A DNA stretch of 39,407 nt from Candidatus Gribaldobacteria bacterium (GCA_026396705.1 JAPLWE010000058.1:1-39407), one strand, 5' to 3'; counted from the stretch's first letter, positions 1 to 8,587 are shown. Made by a program: numbers and translations. The notes: generated by a model from the sequence alone, not told the origin.

Positions 1-113
1 AATGGTAAAGAGATCATCCCTACTGCAAATAATCCCCAAAGAGTTAAAACAGCTGCGATAATCAGCAGAAAATAATCAGGTAGAGATTTTTTTTTAATTA
101 CTTTTTTGTCCAT
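1..113 (-). CDS. SEDS-family protein (FtsW/RodA-like), first 37 codons only, runs off the window
   Basis: ATG at 113..111 overlaps the murD stop by 20 nt. Translation MDKKVIKKKSLPDYFLLIIAAVLTLWGLFAVGMISLP is a basic N-terminus followed by a TM helix. Its position after mraY-murD matches the conserved dcw order. Not in the ORF track because it is truncated. Confidence 0.4.
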   Translation of the reverse strand, partial: MDKKVIKKKSLPDYFLLIIAAVLTLWGLFAVGMISLP

Positions 114-1434
114 ATTTTTTTACCCATTTTTTGAACTGTTCTCCCCTGTTTTGATAATCCTTAAACATATTAAAACTGGCTGAGGCTGGCGAAAGCAAAC
201 AAATACCGTCTTTGGGCGTTTGTTGATAGCAAATCCTAACCGCCTCTTCCATACTTTGCGCTTGGAAGGAGGGAACCTCCTTCCTTTTAGGAAGGAGGTT
301 CCCTCCTTCCAGCTTGTTTACAATCTTTTGGCCAGTCCCCTGGCCTAGAATAATCAAATTTTTTACTGAGCTCTTGGCAATTTCTTTAGCTAGTAAGCTA
401 TAGTCGCTACCCTTGTCTGAACCGCCAATAATCAAAGAAATTTTTTTGTTGCTAAAAGTTTTAAGGTCTAAAATTGTTGTTTCCGGAACCGTGGCCATTG
501 AATTGTTGTAAAACTCAATGCCTTGATATTTGCCGACGAACTCTAGGCGGTGCGGTAAATTTTGGAAAGTTTTTATGGCTTTTTTAATTTTTTCTTTTTG
601 GATATTAAAGGGAGTAGTGGCTAAAACAGCGGCCAAAACATTTAAGTAATTAAACTCGCCTTGCAGGGGAATTTCTTTGAGGTTGATAATATTTTCAACT
701 ATTTTCAGCTTTGCTTTGTTAAAAGTAACTTGACGCGCTTTGCTTTGGCTGGCGATTTTTTTTACTAATGGCTCTTGGCCATTATAAACTAAAAGGTCGT
801 TTTTTGTTTGATGTATGGCTATATTTGCTTTAGCCTTGGCGTATTCCTGGAAATTAGTAAAGTAATCTAAATGATCAGAAAATAAATTTAAAAAAACAGC
901 GATTTGTGGCGATTTTTTAAGATCCCGTAACTGCTGAGCTGATATTTCATAAACCGCAATGTGGTCGGGCTTGGCGTTGAGTAGATACTGCATGACAGGA
1001 TTGCCTACATTGCCAAGAAAAAACGCTTTCAAACGAGCAGTTTTGAGAATTTGATAAATCAAACCAGAAGTGGTGCCCTTACCTTTAGTGCCAGTTACCC
1101 CAATAATCAACCCGGGAAAATTATCAAAAAATATTTCGGCCTGCGAAGTTGTTTGTAGGGAACCGAGTTCCTTACATGAAATGCCGGGGGCCTTAATAAT
1201 CAAATCATACTCCCCCGCTTTATTTAAGTAATTGTTTCCAAAATATTTTTTTAAGTTTTTATCTTTGGCTAAAATTGTTTGAACTTTTTTGTCAAAATAT
1301 TTTAATTCCTTTTTATCGGCCACTGCTAAAATCTTATGCGGAAATATTTTGCGCAAAGCCAAATAACTGTCAATCCCCTCTTTGCCCAACCCCAAAATCA
1401 AAATATTTTTATTTTCTAAATTTTCTAATTTCAT
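94..1434 (-). CDS. murD: UDP-N-acetylmuramoylalanine--D-glutamate ligase
   Basis: N-terminal Rossmann motif ILILGLGKEG, Mur-ligase P-loop GVTGTKGKGTT, C-terminal LLSPASASFNMFKDYQNRGEQF typical of MurD. Sits directly downstream of mraY. Confidence 0.85.
   Translation of the reverse strand: MKLENLENKNILILGLGKEGIDSYLALRKIFPHKILAVADKKELKYFDKKVQTILAKDKNLKKYFGNNYLNKAGEYDLIIKAPGISCKELGSLQTTSQAEIFFDNFPGLIIGVTGTKGKGTTSGLIYQILKTARLKAFFLGNVGNPVMQYLLNAKPDHIAVYEISAQQLRDLKKSPQIAVFLNLFSDHLDYFTNFQEYAKAKANIAIHQTKNDLLVYNGQEPLVKKIASQSKARQVTFNKAKLKIVENIINLKEIPLQGEFNYLNVLAAVLATTPFNIQKEKIKKAIKTFQNLPHRLEFVGKYQGIEFYNNSMATVPETTILDLKTFSNKKISLIIGGSDKGSDYSLLAKEIAKSSVKNLIILGQGTGQKIVNKLEGGNLLPKRKEVPSFQAQSMEEAVRICYQQTPKDGICLLSPASASFNMFKDYQNRGEQFKKWVKKYGQKSN
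264..310. repeat. Perfect 21-nt inverted repeat (5-nt spacer) inside the murD coding sequence
   Basis: GGAAGGAGGGAACCTCCTTCC (264..284), TTTTA, GGAAGGAGGTTCCCTCCTTCC (290..310). Each arm is itself self-complementary (GGAAGGAGG-N3-CCTCCTTCC). Read in-frame as EGGNLLPKRKEVPSF. Confidence 0.9.
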
Positions 1435-1445
1435 TTTTAAAATAA

Positions 1446-2504
1446 TTAACCAAGTAATCTAATGGCTACGCCGATAATGGCCAGCACTAAGTTGATAATC
1501 CAAAAACGCATCGTGATTTTTTCTCGCGACCAGCCAATGGCTTCTAAGTGGTGATGAATAGGTGTGCAAAGAAAAATTTTTTTGTGGAAAAACTTTTTAG
1601 AAAAAAGCTGGATTATAATTGAACCAACTTCAACCACCAAAAGCCCCGCTATTATTGGCAAAACCAGCAAAGAATCAGTTAAAAAAGCCACGGCCGCTAA
1701 AACAACTGTTAGGCCCAAACTACCGGTTTCACTCATATAAAAACGAGCGGGTGGAACATTGAACCACAAAAAAGACAGGGTCGCTCCAGCAATCACCGCG
1801 CAAAAAGTAGCTAAATCGTATTGACCGTTGGTATAGGCAATAATGGCAAAAGCGCTAAACATAATACTGAAAACACCACCCGATAGGCCATCAATGCCAT
1901 CAATCACTCCACCTGCCCAACAAGCCAAAGTAGTTATTATGAATAATGGCAGATACCATAAACCAATTTCTAAATTACCATCACCCGGAATATGGATAGA
2001 GCTATAGCCTAGCTTAAAATAAAACCACCAAGCTCCAATTATGCCCATTAGAAGCACAATGGCTAGCCGACGGGTAAAGCGCATACCTCCACCCACATAC
2101 TTGCCCTTGCTCAAAACCTGTAAAATATCATCTCCTAGGCCTAATAGACTGCCCGCCACCAATAATCCTAAGGGCAACCAAGTTTGGCTACGCGATAAAA
2201 AATTAAGATGGTTCCAGACAGGGTTTTGCGGAAAAATAGCGTCAAGCATGGCAAATAAGAAAATTACAAACACCGTAGTAACCCAAATCAATAACCCGCC
2301 CATGCGTGGTGTGGAAACCTCTTTTTCTTTATGTAGCTGGTGAAAAACTGTGGCCGGGGTCCCGTCAATAGCTTTGAGACGGGCGGTTTTGCGCCATAGC
2401 TTGTGCTTGTATAAAAAATTAGTCAAAAATGGCGTCCATAAGACAGCCAGCATTGAAGAAAAAGCGCAAAGCAATAAAACTTTAATAATATGTTCAGAAG
2501 CCAT
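1446..2504 (-). CDS. mraY: Phospho-N-acetylmuramoyl-pentapeptide transferase
   Basis: Polytopic membrane protein with MraY signatures GDDILQV, GIDGLSGG and PIHHHLEAIGW. Adjacent to murD. Confidence 0.9.
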   Translation of the reverse strand: MASEHIIKVLLLCAFSSMLAVLWTPFLTNFLYKHKLWRKTARLKAIDGTPATVFHQLHKEKEVSTPRMGGLLIWVTTVFVIFLFAMLDAIFPQNPVWNHLNFLSRSQTWLPLGLLVAGSLLGLGDDILQVLSKGKYVGGGMRFTRRLAIVLLMGIIGAWWFYFKLGYSSIHIPGDGNLEIGLWYLPLFIITTLACWAGGVIDGIDGLSGGVFSIMFSAFAIIAYTNGQYDLATFCAVIAGATLSFLWFNVPPARFYMSETGSLGLTVVLAAVAFLTDSLLVLPIIAGLLVVEVGSIIIQLFSKKFFHKKIFLCTPIHHHLEAIGWSREKITMRFWIINLVLAIIGVAIRLLG

Positions 2505-3420
2505 AGGCAGTGATGATATTTTCCATATCCTTAAACTTGTCGGGCGAATTTAACACTACGGCCACAAAATGGCTTTGTGGATTTTTACCTTGTAAAATGA
2601 GTAATAAGCAACCCCCTGCTCTTTCGGTGGTGCCGGTTTTGCCGCCAATGATGCTAGGAAATTTACCTAATAATTCGTTGGTATTAGTTAATGGGTGGTA
2701 AAATTCGCCACCTTGCGAATAAACAGCTGTTTCTTTTTCGCTTAGAATTTTGGTTATTTCAGGATGATGATAAAAAATATACTGGGCTAATCTAGTTAAA
2801 TCAAAAGCGGTTGATTGATTGATCTGCTCCTCGGACAAGCCGCTGTCTTCGGGGTCAAGGCCATTGGGGCTAAAAAAGGTAGTGCTTTCCATGCCCAAAT
2901 CTTTAGCCTTGAGATTCATTAAAGCCACAAAACCAGCTGGCCCGTCCATTGGCGCGGTTAAAGCAAAAGCAGCATCGTTGCTGGATTCAATTAGCATAAT
3001 TCGCAACAAATCGCTTAAATTAAATTGCTCCCCTGCTTTCAGGTTGCCACTGGCATCGAGTTGGTCTATGGCTTGTTTGTTAATAATAATAGTTTGATTT
3101 TTTTCGTAAAATTCAGCCGCTATCACAGCAGTCATCATCTTAGTTAAGCTGGCAATCGGTTCTTTTTGTGTTTGATTTTTGGCAAAAATAATTTTGGGCT
3201 GGCTGTCTCCAGTTATTTCGGCCAATAAGGCGCTGGTGGCCGCGATTTCTGGCTGTTGAGCGGGCGTGATGACTTTATTATTCGGTGAGGTGGCTTGCTC
3301 TATATTGGCTATGAGCTGTTGCTTGTAAACAAAAGTTGTTTTTTGTAAATCATTAATTCCAAAACCAACAATTGCCCCAATGGCGATGGCTATTAAAAAG
3401 ATAAAAATGATTTTTTTCAT
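2494..3420 (-). CDS. D-alanyl-D-alanine carboxypeptidase (low-MW PBP, S11 family)
   Basis: N-terminal signal/TM segment plus the three PBP motifs: SxxK (SLTKMM), SxN (SSND) and KTG (GKTGTT). Confidence 0.75.
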   Translation of the reverse strand: MKKIIFIFLIAIAIGAIVGFGINDLQKTTFVYKQQLIANIEQATSPNNKVITPAQQPEIAATSALLAEITGDSQPKIIFAKNQTQKEPIASLTKMMTAVIAAEFYEKNQTIIINKQAIDQLDASGNLKAGEQFNLSDLLRIMLIESSNDAAFALTAPMDGPAGFVALMNLKAKDLGMESTTFFSPNGLDPEDSGLSEEQINQSTAFDLTRLAQYIFYHHPEITKILSEKETAVYSQGGEFYHPLTNTNELLGKFPSIIGGKTGTTERAGGCLLLILQGKNPQSHFVAVVLNSPDKFKDMENIITAYGF

Positions 3421-3423
3421 ATC

Positions 3424-3792
3424 TTATGGAAGATAGCTCATTATTTTCTCTACGATTTCTTGAGGAGTAAATTCTGTTTTGATTAAGTAGTCTAAAACAC
3501 CCAATTCTCTGGCTTTTTCTCTAGCGATTTTATTGTCATAGTTAGAAAAAGCCACTACTTTTGTTTTGGCTATGTTGCTGGGGATACGTCTTAATTGCTC
3601 TAACATCTCTAAGCCACTGGCATTGGGCAGTAAAATATCCAATAGGACTAAGTCTGGGGCTTCTTGCTCTAATATTAGCAAGCCTTCTTCAGCGCTTTCC
3701 GCTGACATGACATTTAACCCATGTTCAGCAAAAACCTGACAATACATTTCTCTTAATAATGGTTCATCTTCAATAATTAAAAGCTTTGACAT
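3424..3792 (-). CDS. Stand-alone response-regulator receiver domain (CheY-like)
   Basis: 122 aa. Acidic pocket IIEDEP, phospho-acceptor context LVLLDILLP, and a conserved K after VVAFSNY. No output domain. Confidence 0.8.
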   Translation of the reverse strand: MSKLLIIEDEPLLREMYCQVFAEHGLNVMSAESAEEGLLILEQEAPDLVLLDILLPNASGLEMLEQLRRIPSNIAKTKVVAFSNYDNKIAREKARELGVLDYLIKTEFTPQEIVEKIMSYLP

Positions 3793-4973
3793 AAAATTTT
3801 AATAAATTTTCTTTTACCAACCTGAATGGTTATGTCATTTTCAATTTTTATAATTTCCTGCCAGTCGGTTTTTGTTTGGCTGTTCATTTCAACCGCGCCA
3901 CCTAAAACCATTCTCTTGGCTTCGGCCTTGGAGGGCGTCAAGCCACTTTCAAATAACAAATCCAAGATATTATACTCTCCTTTTTTAGCTTGCCATTGCG
4001 GTATTTCGCTGGGCAACTCTTTTTTTTGAAAAATTTTATTGAATTCCTCTTCGGCTTTCGTGGCGGCTTTCTCGCCATGATAAAGCGCCGTAATTTCTTT
4101 GGCTAAACGGGCTTTTTGGTCGCGCGGATTGGCTGTTTCTTGTTTAATCTTGGCGATTTCCGCTAGAGGCAAACGGGTGCAAAGTTCAAAATAATCCCCT
4201 ATCAGCTCGTCTTGCATTGACATTATTTTGCCGAACATATCATCGGGCTCGTCAATAATGGTAATAACATTACCCCAGCTGGTGGACATTTTGCGGCCGT
4301 CCAAACCATTAAGCATTTTTGTAATCAAAATATCTTGAGGGTCTTGCTTGAAAATCTTTTGCATATCTCGACCCCTTTGCAGATTGAACAATTGATCAAA
4401 GCCACCCAGTTCAACATCTGCTTTAACCGCCACCGAATCGTAACCTTGCAATAATGGATAATCCAGCTCATGTAAGCCGATGGGGTTTTCTCTATCCCAC
4501 CTTTCTTTAAAATTTCGCCGTTGAATCATTTGTTGAGCAGTAAATTTTTTAGCAAAATAAGAATATTCCGCATAGGTTAGTTTGCCCAACCATTTATTAT
4601 TATGGCGAACCTCTACTTTTTTCATATCCAATATCTTACCGATTTGTCTTTCGTAGTCTTTCATATTTTCCTTAACTTCTTTTTCAGATAATGATTTTCT
4701 CATTGAATCCTTGTCTGAAGCGTCGCCAATTTGGCCGGTAAAATCGCCAATAATCAAAACAATCTGGTGTCCTAGCTCTTGGAAAGCCTTTAATTTCCAT
4801 AAAAGAATCGCTCGGCCAATGTGAATCTTCGGTCCGGTCGGGTCAATGCCAAACTTTACCCGCAATTGCTTGCCAGACAACAAAGCCACTTCTAGATGCC
4901 CTCTGTTAATCACCTCCTCAACTCCCCTCTCTAAAATCTCTTTAATTTTATTTGGATCTGTATCTATTTTCAT
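3777..4973 (-). CDS. tyrS: Tyrosyl-tRNA synthetase
   Basis: GIDPTGPKIHIGRA (HIGH region), IIGDFTGQIGD, KMSTS (KMSKS) and a C-terminal S4-like domain. Start moved to MKIDTD (ATG 4973) because the ORF-track extension to 5138 runs through an intrinsic terminator. ATG 4997 is an alternative start. Confidence 0.85.
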   Translation of the reverse strand: MKIDTDPNKIKEILERGVEEVINRGHLEVALLSGKQLRVKFGIDPTGPKIHIGRAILLWKLKAFQELGHQIVLIIGDFTGQIGDASDKDSMRKSLSEKEVKENMKDYERQIGKILDMKKVEVRHNNKWLGKLTYAEYSYFAKKFTAQQMIQRRNFKERWDRENPIGLHELDYPLLQGYDSVAVKADVELGGFDQLFNLQRGRDMQKIFKQDPQDILITKMLNGLDGRKMSTSWGNVITIIDEPDDMFGKIMSMQDELIGDYFELCTRLPLAEIAKIKQETANPRDQKARLAKEITALYHGEKAATKAEEEFNKIFQKKELPSEIPQWQAKKGEYNILDLLFESGLTPSKAEAKRMVLGGAVEMNSQTKTDWQEIIKIENDITIQVGKRKFIKILCQSF

Positions 4974-5012
4974 TCCCCTATCATACTCAAAAACCATTAT
5001 CAACGCAACCTG

Positions 5013-5048
5013 TGAAAAACAAAAAAGCAGGGTTGTGAACAACCCTGC
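5013..5048 (-). terminator. Rho-independent terminator between the 63-codon ORF and tyrS
   Basis: Minus-sense GCAGGGTTG-ttca-CAACCCTGC (9-bp stem, 4-nt loop) followed by TTTTTTGTTTTTC. Confidence 0.75.
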
Positions 5049-5076
5049 ATAAGAGCTCAAAGTGAAGGTAGGCAGA

Positions 5077-5268
5077 TTACTCTGCCTGCTTAATAGAAAC
5101 CATTGCGGTTTCTTCAATGAAGATATAAGTTTCTTCATTGAAAGAAACCGCGTTTCGTTTTTCTCCGCTTGGTGTTTCGAACAATGTTACTTTCATATAC
5201 TTTTCATTATCTAATTCGAAACACTTTTGGATAGAAACCTCAGAAAACTCTAACATCTTTTTGCACAT
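5077..5268 (-). CDS. Hypothetical 63-aa protein, or non-coding structured leader
   Basis: Near-perfect SD AAGGGGGTGA 5 nt before the ATG and its own terminator. However, the frame contains 10-bp, 17-bp and 7-bp hairpins, so coding status is uncertain. No recognisable family. Confidence 0.4.
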   Translation of the reverse strand: MCKKMLEFSEVSIQKCFELDNEKYMKVTLFETPSGEKRNAVSFNEETYIFIEETAMVSIKQAE

Positions 5269-5316
5269 TTTTTCACCCCCTTAAGGTGGAATAATTTTAA
5301 AGTTCTGTCCTTCCCT

Positions 5317-5342
5317 AAATAAAAATCCCTTTCGGGAAGGGA
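5317..5342 (-). terminator. Intrinsic-terminator-like hairpin
   Basis: Minus-sense TCCCTT-cccga-AAGGGA followed by TTTTTATTT. Confidence 0.5.
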
Positions 5343-5455
5343 GGGAGTGTAATTTTATGGTAAAGATACTTTCAATGTATTACAACCGCTCTCTTCCCGC
5401 AAGGGAGAGTTTGTGGTTGTTGGGAACAATTTTTTATTATCAAATTCATATTACT
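5317..5455 (-). ncRNA. Candidate small RNA or 5' leader (promoter-hairpin-terminator unit)
   Basis: Bounded by the 5461..5488 promoter and the 5317..5342 terminator. Contains the extended hairpin 5382..5420 (ACAACC..CTCTCCC-ttgc-GGGaaGAGAG..GGTTGT). The only ORF is a 25-codon frame. Confidence 0.25.
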
Positions 5456-5460
5456 AAAAT

Positions 5461-5488
5461 AATATATCGATTAGCTGGTCATTGTCAA
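5461..5488 (-). promoter_or_regulatory. Sigma-70-type promoter
   Basis: Minus-sense TTGACA (5488..5483), 16-nt spacer, TATATT (5466..5461), about 30 nt downstream of the argS stop. Confidence 0.5.
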
Positions 5489-5517
5489 TATGAAAGGCAA
5501 TTTTTTTCTTCTTGCCT

Positions 5518-7227
5518 TTACATTTGCTCTAAGGTTTCAATGCCTAAGAGGTTGAGCGATTTTTGCAAGATGATGGCCACGGCCGAGACAAGGCTAAGCC
5601 TAGCGGCAATTAATTGAGGATTGTCGGCATTGAGTACCGAATGTTTTTGATAAAACTGGTTAAAGGACTTGGCTAAGTCATAGGCGTAAAGCGCTATTTT
5701 TGAGGGGTTAAAAGTATCTCCAGCCGTGGCCACGGTTTGATTGAAAGCCATAAGTTTTTGGGCTAGCAAAAGTTCTTGTTCATTGCCCAATAAAGAATAG
5801 TTGGGTTTATCAGCGGTGGCAGGGGCTGAACGCACAATGCTTTTGGCTCGGGCGTAAGCGTATTGGCAATACGGTCCGGTGAAGCCCTCAAATGATAGCG
5901 AATCCTGCGGGTTAAAATGAATATCTTGCGCAGCTCCCACCCGCAAAAGATAAAATTTAATAGCTGATAAAGCGATTGTTAGAGCTCTATCCCCTGTTAC
6001 TTTTCCCGGAGATCGTTTTTCAATTTCTACTTGCGCTAATTTTTCCATTTGAGCGATTAGATCATCAGCATCAACCACTTTGCCCTCACGGGATTTCATC
6101 TTACCTTCGGGCAAATAAACCATACCATAAGACAGATGGTGACAGTTTTTGGCCCAAGGATAGCCCAATTTTTCTAATAGCCAAAACAGCGCTCTAAAAT
6201 GATAATTCTGCTCCGAGCCCACCACATAGATTGATTGGTCTAACTTATAATCCTGAAATTTTAAAACCGCCGTGCCTAAATCCTGCGTCATGTAAACACT
6301 AGTGCCATCTTCTCTCTGCAAGGTAATTTTTTTTGGTTGGTTATCTTGGTCAAGCCCAAATTCGTCAATCGATAATTCGGCGATTATAGCGCCATTGTCT
6401 GTTTGTTGAAATACGCCTTTATCAATTCCCTGCTGAATAACATTTTTACCCAGCTTATAGGTCTGGCTTTCATAGAGAGTTGCGTCAAATTGCAGGCCAA
6501 ATCGCTCGTAGGTGGCCTTAAAACCCTCGTAAACCCAGCTATTCATCATTTCCCATAGTTTGAGGGTGGCCTGATCGCCTTGCTCCCATTTTTGCAACAT
6601 TTCCTGCGTTTCTTGCTCCAAATTTGGGTCTTTTTCTGCTTCAACGGCGTATCGGATATACCATTGGCCCACAAAATGGTCGCCTTTGGTGTTGGTTGAT
6701 TGGGGGGTGGCCCCATCTGCCCATTTCTGCCAAGCCAGCATTGATTTGCAAATGTGTACTCCCCTATCATTAACTAAATTAGCTTTAATTACTCCATAGC
6801 CAGCGAACTGCAAGATATTGGCCACAGCCATACCTAAAGCGCCATTGCGCAAGTGGCCCAAATGCAAAGGTTTGTTGGTGTTGGGCGAGAGATATTCCAC
6901 CATTATTTTACCTCGCCTGCTATAGCCTTTGGCGGAGTCGGGTTTTGGGTTGGTAATTTCTTCTAGCACAGCACTAAATAAAACTTGTCGATTGATCTGA
7001 AAATTAACATAAGGACCAACAGCAGTGGCTTTTTCTATTATTTCGTTAGTGGGAAAGTTTTCAGCTAGAGAGGAAGCAATTTCTGTTGGCGATTTTTTTA
7101 ATTGCCCGGCCAAGGCAAAACATTCCAAGGCTAAATCGCCCATTTGTGTATTGGGCGGAAAAACAAAAGAAGGCTCGCCTATGGCTAAGCTATCGCTGAT
7201 TATTTTTTTAATTGCTTCAATGTTCAT
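5518..7227 (-). CDS. argS: Arginyl-tRNA synthetase
   Basis: Class I HIGH region SPNTNKPLHLGHLRNG, ArgRS-type N-terminal domain and C-terminal DALR-type anticodon-binding domain. 4-nt ATGA overlap with the upstream gene. Confidence 0.9.
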   Translation of the reverse strand: MNIEAIKKIISDSLAIGEPSFVFPPNTQMGDLALECFALAGQLKKSPTEIASSLAENFPTNEIIEKATAVGPYVNFQINRQVLFSAVLEEITNPKPDSAKGYSRRGKIMVEYLSPNTNKPLHLGHLRNGALGMAVANILQFAGYGVIKANLVNDRGVHICKSMLAWQKWADGATPQSTNTKGDHFVGQWYIRYAVEAEKDPNLEQETQEMLQKWEQGDQATLKLWEMMNSWVYEGFKATYERFGLQFDATLYESQTYKLGKNVIQQGIDKGVFQQTDNGAIIAELSIDEFGLDQDNQPKKITLQREDGTSVYMTQDLGTAVLKFQDYKLDQSIYVVGSEQNYHFRALFWLLEKLGYPWAKNCHHLSYGMVYLPEGKMKSREGKVVDADDLIAQMEKLAQVEIEKRSPGKVTGDRALTIALSAIKFYLLRVGAAQDIHFNPQDSLSFEGFTGPYCQYAYARAKSIVRSAPATADKPNYSLLGNEQELLLAQKLMAFNQTVATAGDTFNPSKIALYAYDLAKSFNQFYQKHSVLNADNPQLIAARLSLVSAVAIILQKSLNLLGIETLEQM

Positions 7228-7913
7228 AAAATCGTTGTGCCCGCAAATCTTTGGTTGTTGAGTATTTTTTGAAAATTAGGTAAGTTGCGCCCGTCAGCCA
7301 CAATTACGGCGATTTTATTTTTCTGCGCCAAACGGCTAGCTACTGGGTCAAAAGGCGTATTGAGACCGGGCGTCCACTTGCTCGGGATAATCTTAAAATA
7401 ATCTTGCCAACTTACTTGAATAAGTGGCTTGGCGGTTGGGTCTTTGTCGGGATTGGCGGTATAAACAAAATGCGGTTTGCCTAAATTTATAACTGTATTG
7501 ATTTTCAAATCAATGGCCGCTTGAACCGCAGTTAAATCGCTTGAATGCCCGGGTTGTCCGAAACAGGTTATAATTATTGAATATTTGTTAAAAACTTTGG
7601 AATTATTTTCGTCGCTTGACGAAATAAGCCGCGCCTGATTTCCCAGTATTGTTTTAAGTAATAAACCGTTTAGTTTGATGGCCTCAATACCCAGCCAATC
7701 TCGCTCGTTATTTGATATTTTAGCGATTTTTAGGGCAGTTTGTTGATAATTGCGAGCTAATTGTCCCCCACCCGCGACAATCGCAAACTTAAAATCATTT
7801 TTAATGTTTTTAAGCAAAAAATCGCGGAGTTTTTTAATATAGGTCTCGTCCAAGCTTTGCGGATACATTACTGATCCGCCCAGAGAAATAACAAAAGTTT
7901 TATTGTTTGACAT
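7224..7913 (-). CDS. pyrH: Amino-acid-kinase-fold protein, archaeal-type UMP kinase-like
   Basis: VISLGGS, AIVAGGGQLARNY, GIEAIKLNGLLL and PGHSSDLTAVQAA match the pattern of archaeal-type uridylate kinases. Isopentenyl-phosphate kinase is not excluded. Confidence 0.6.
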   Translation of the reverse strand: MSNNKTFVISLGGSVMYPQSLDETYIKKLRDFLLKNIKNDFKFAIVAGGGQLARNYQQTALKIAKISNNERDWLGIEAIKLNGLLLKTILGNQARLISSSDENNSKVFNKYSIIITCFGQPGHSSDLTAVQAAIDLKINTVINLGKPHFVYTANPDKDPTAKPLIQVSWQDYFKIIPSKWTPGLNTPFDPVASRLAQKNKIAVIVADGRNLPNFQKILNNQRFAGTTIL

Positions 7914-7915
7914 AT

Positions 7916-8578
7916 TTAGTTGATCGGCACAACCTGCCCCAAAAATTCAGGGCTTGCATTTATGTTAATATCTAGCCACGCTTTAATGTTGGCCAGTTTT
8001 TCCCGGGCGATATTCAGCCAGATATTGCGATATGGCCGTTTGTCAGCCGGAAAGCCGTAAACCTCCATGCCTAATTGCCGGCCTAAATAGACTGCTCGTG
8101 GCAAATGAAAGTTTTGGGTGGCAACCACCAGTTTTTCGGCCTGAAAAACATCTCTAGCGCGGTATAGACTATCATAGGTGTCAAAGCCAGCATAGTCAAG
8201 GAAAATTTTATCTTGCGGTATCCCCTGCCCTAGAAGATATTTTTCAATGGCGGCAGTTTCATTATAGTTTTTTTGGCGATTATCACCGCTTACTAAAAAA
8301 TTTTTCACTTTGCCCGCTCGATACAATTCAATGGCTGTGTCAGCTCTATCTTTGAGCATATCGCTTAAAGTTTGATCGCGATGAACGCTCGCCCCTAGCA
8401 CCAAAACAGTTTGCAAGTTTGGCAGTTTTTCTATGTCAGTAAAAATATAGGGTTGGCTGATAGAAACCACATTGAGGTTAATTAAAATAATAGCAATAAA
8501 CAAAGCTATGGCCATAACATCTAAGAAAATAACACTTTTCTGCCAAAAATTAAGTTTGGGAAAAAATTTTTTCGCCAT
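7916..8578 (-). CDS. SanA/YdcF (DUF218) family membrane-anchored protein
   Basis: N-terminal TM helix, then LVLGASVHRD...ELYRAGKVKNFLVSGDNRQKNYNETAAIEKYL typical of SanA/ElyC/YdcF. Confidence 0.7.
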   Translation of the reverse strand: MAKKFFPKLNFWQKSVIFLDVMAIALFIAIILINLNVVSISQPYIFTDIEKLPNLQTVLVLGASVHRDQTLSDMLKDRADTAIELYRAGKVKNFLVSGDNRQKNYNETAAIEKYLLGQGIPQDKIFLDYAGFDTYDSLYRARDVFQAEKLVVATQNFHLPRAVYLGRQLGMEVYGFPADKRPYRNIWLNIAREKLANIKAWLDININASPEFLGQVVPIN

Positions 8579-8587
8579 AAATCATAA

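Noticed and set aside
4974-5138. N-terminal extension of tyrS in the ORF track. Analogous extensions occur for serS (31566..31625), the ROK kinase (21550..21582) and GH57 (19465..19509).
   Set aside because: The tyrS extension crosses a strong intrinsic terminator. The others precede canonical conserved N-termini (MLDIKFIRENPE, MTIKKENILGVDIGG, MPSVCLYLQTHQPF) or translate a repeat fragment.
4974-5488. T-box riboswitch upstream of tyrS
   Set aside because: I looked on the minus strand for the conserved T-box sequence (..GGGTGGTACCGCG..) and for a matching antiterminator. Neither is present. The region is still reported as an unexplained structured leader.
5357-5617. 86-aa plus-strand ORF spanning the argS 3' end and the spacer
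   Set aside because: It overlaps the argS coding region antisense, has no SD, and its sequence is read through hairpins that are better explained by minus-strand signals.
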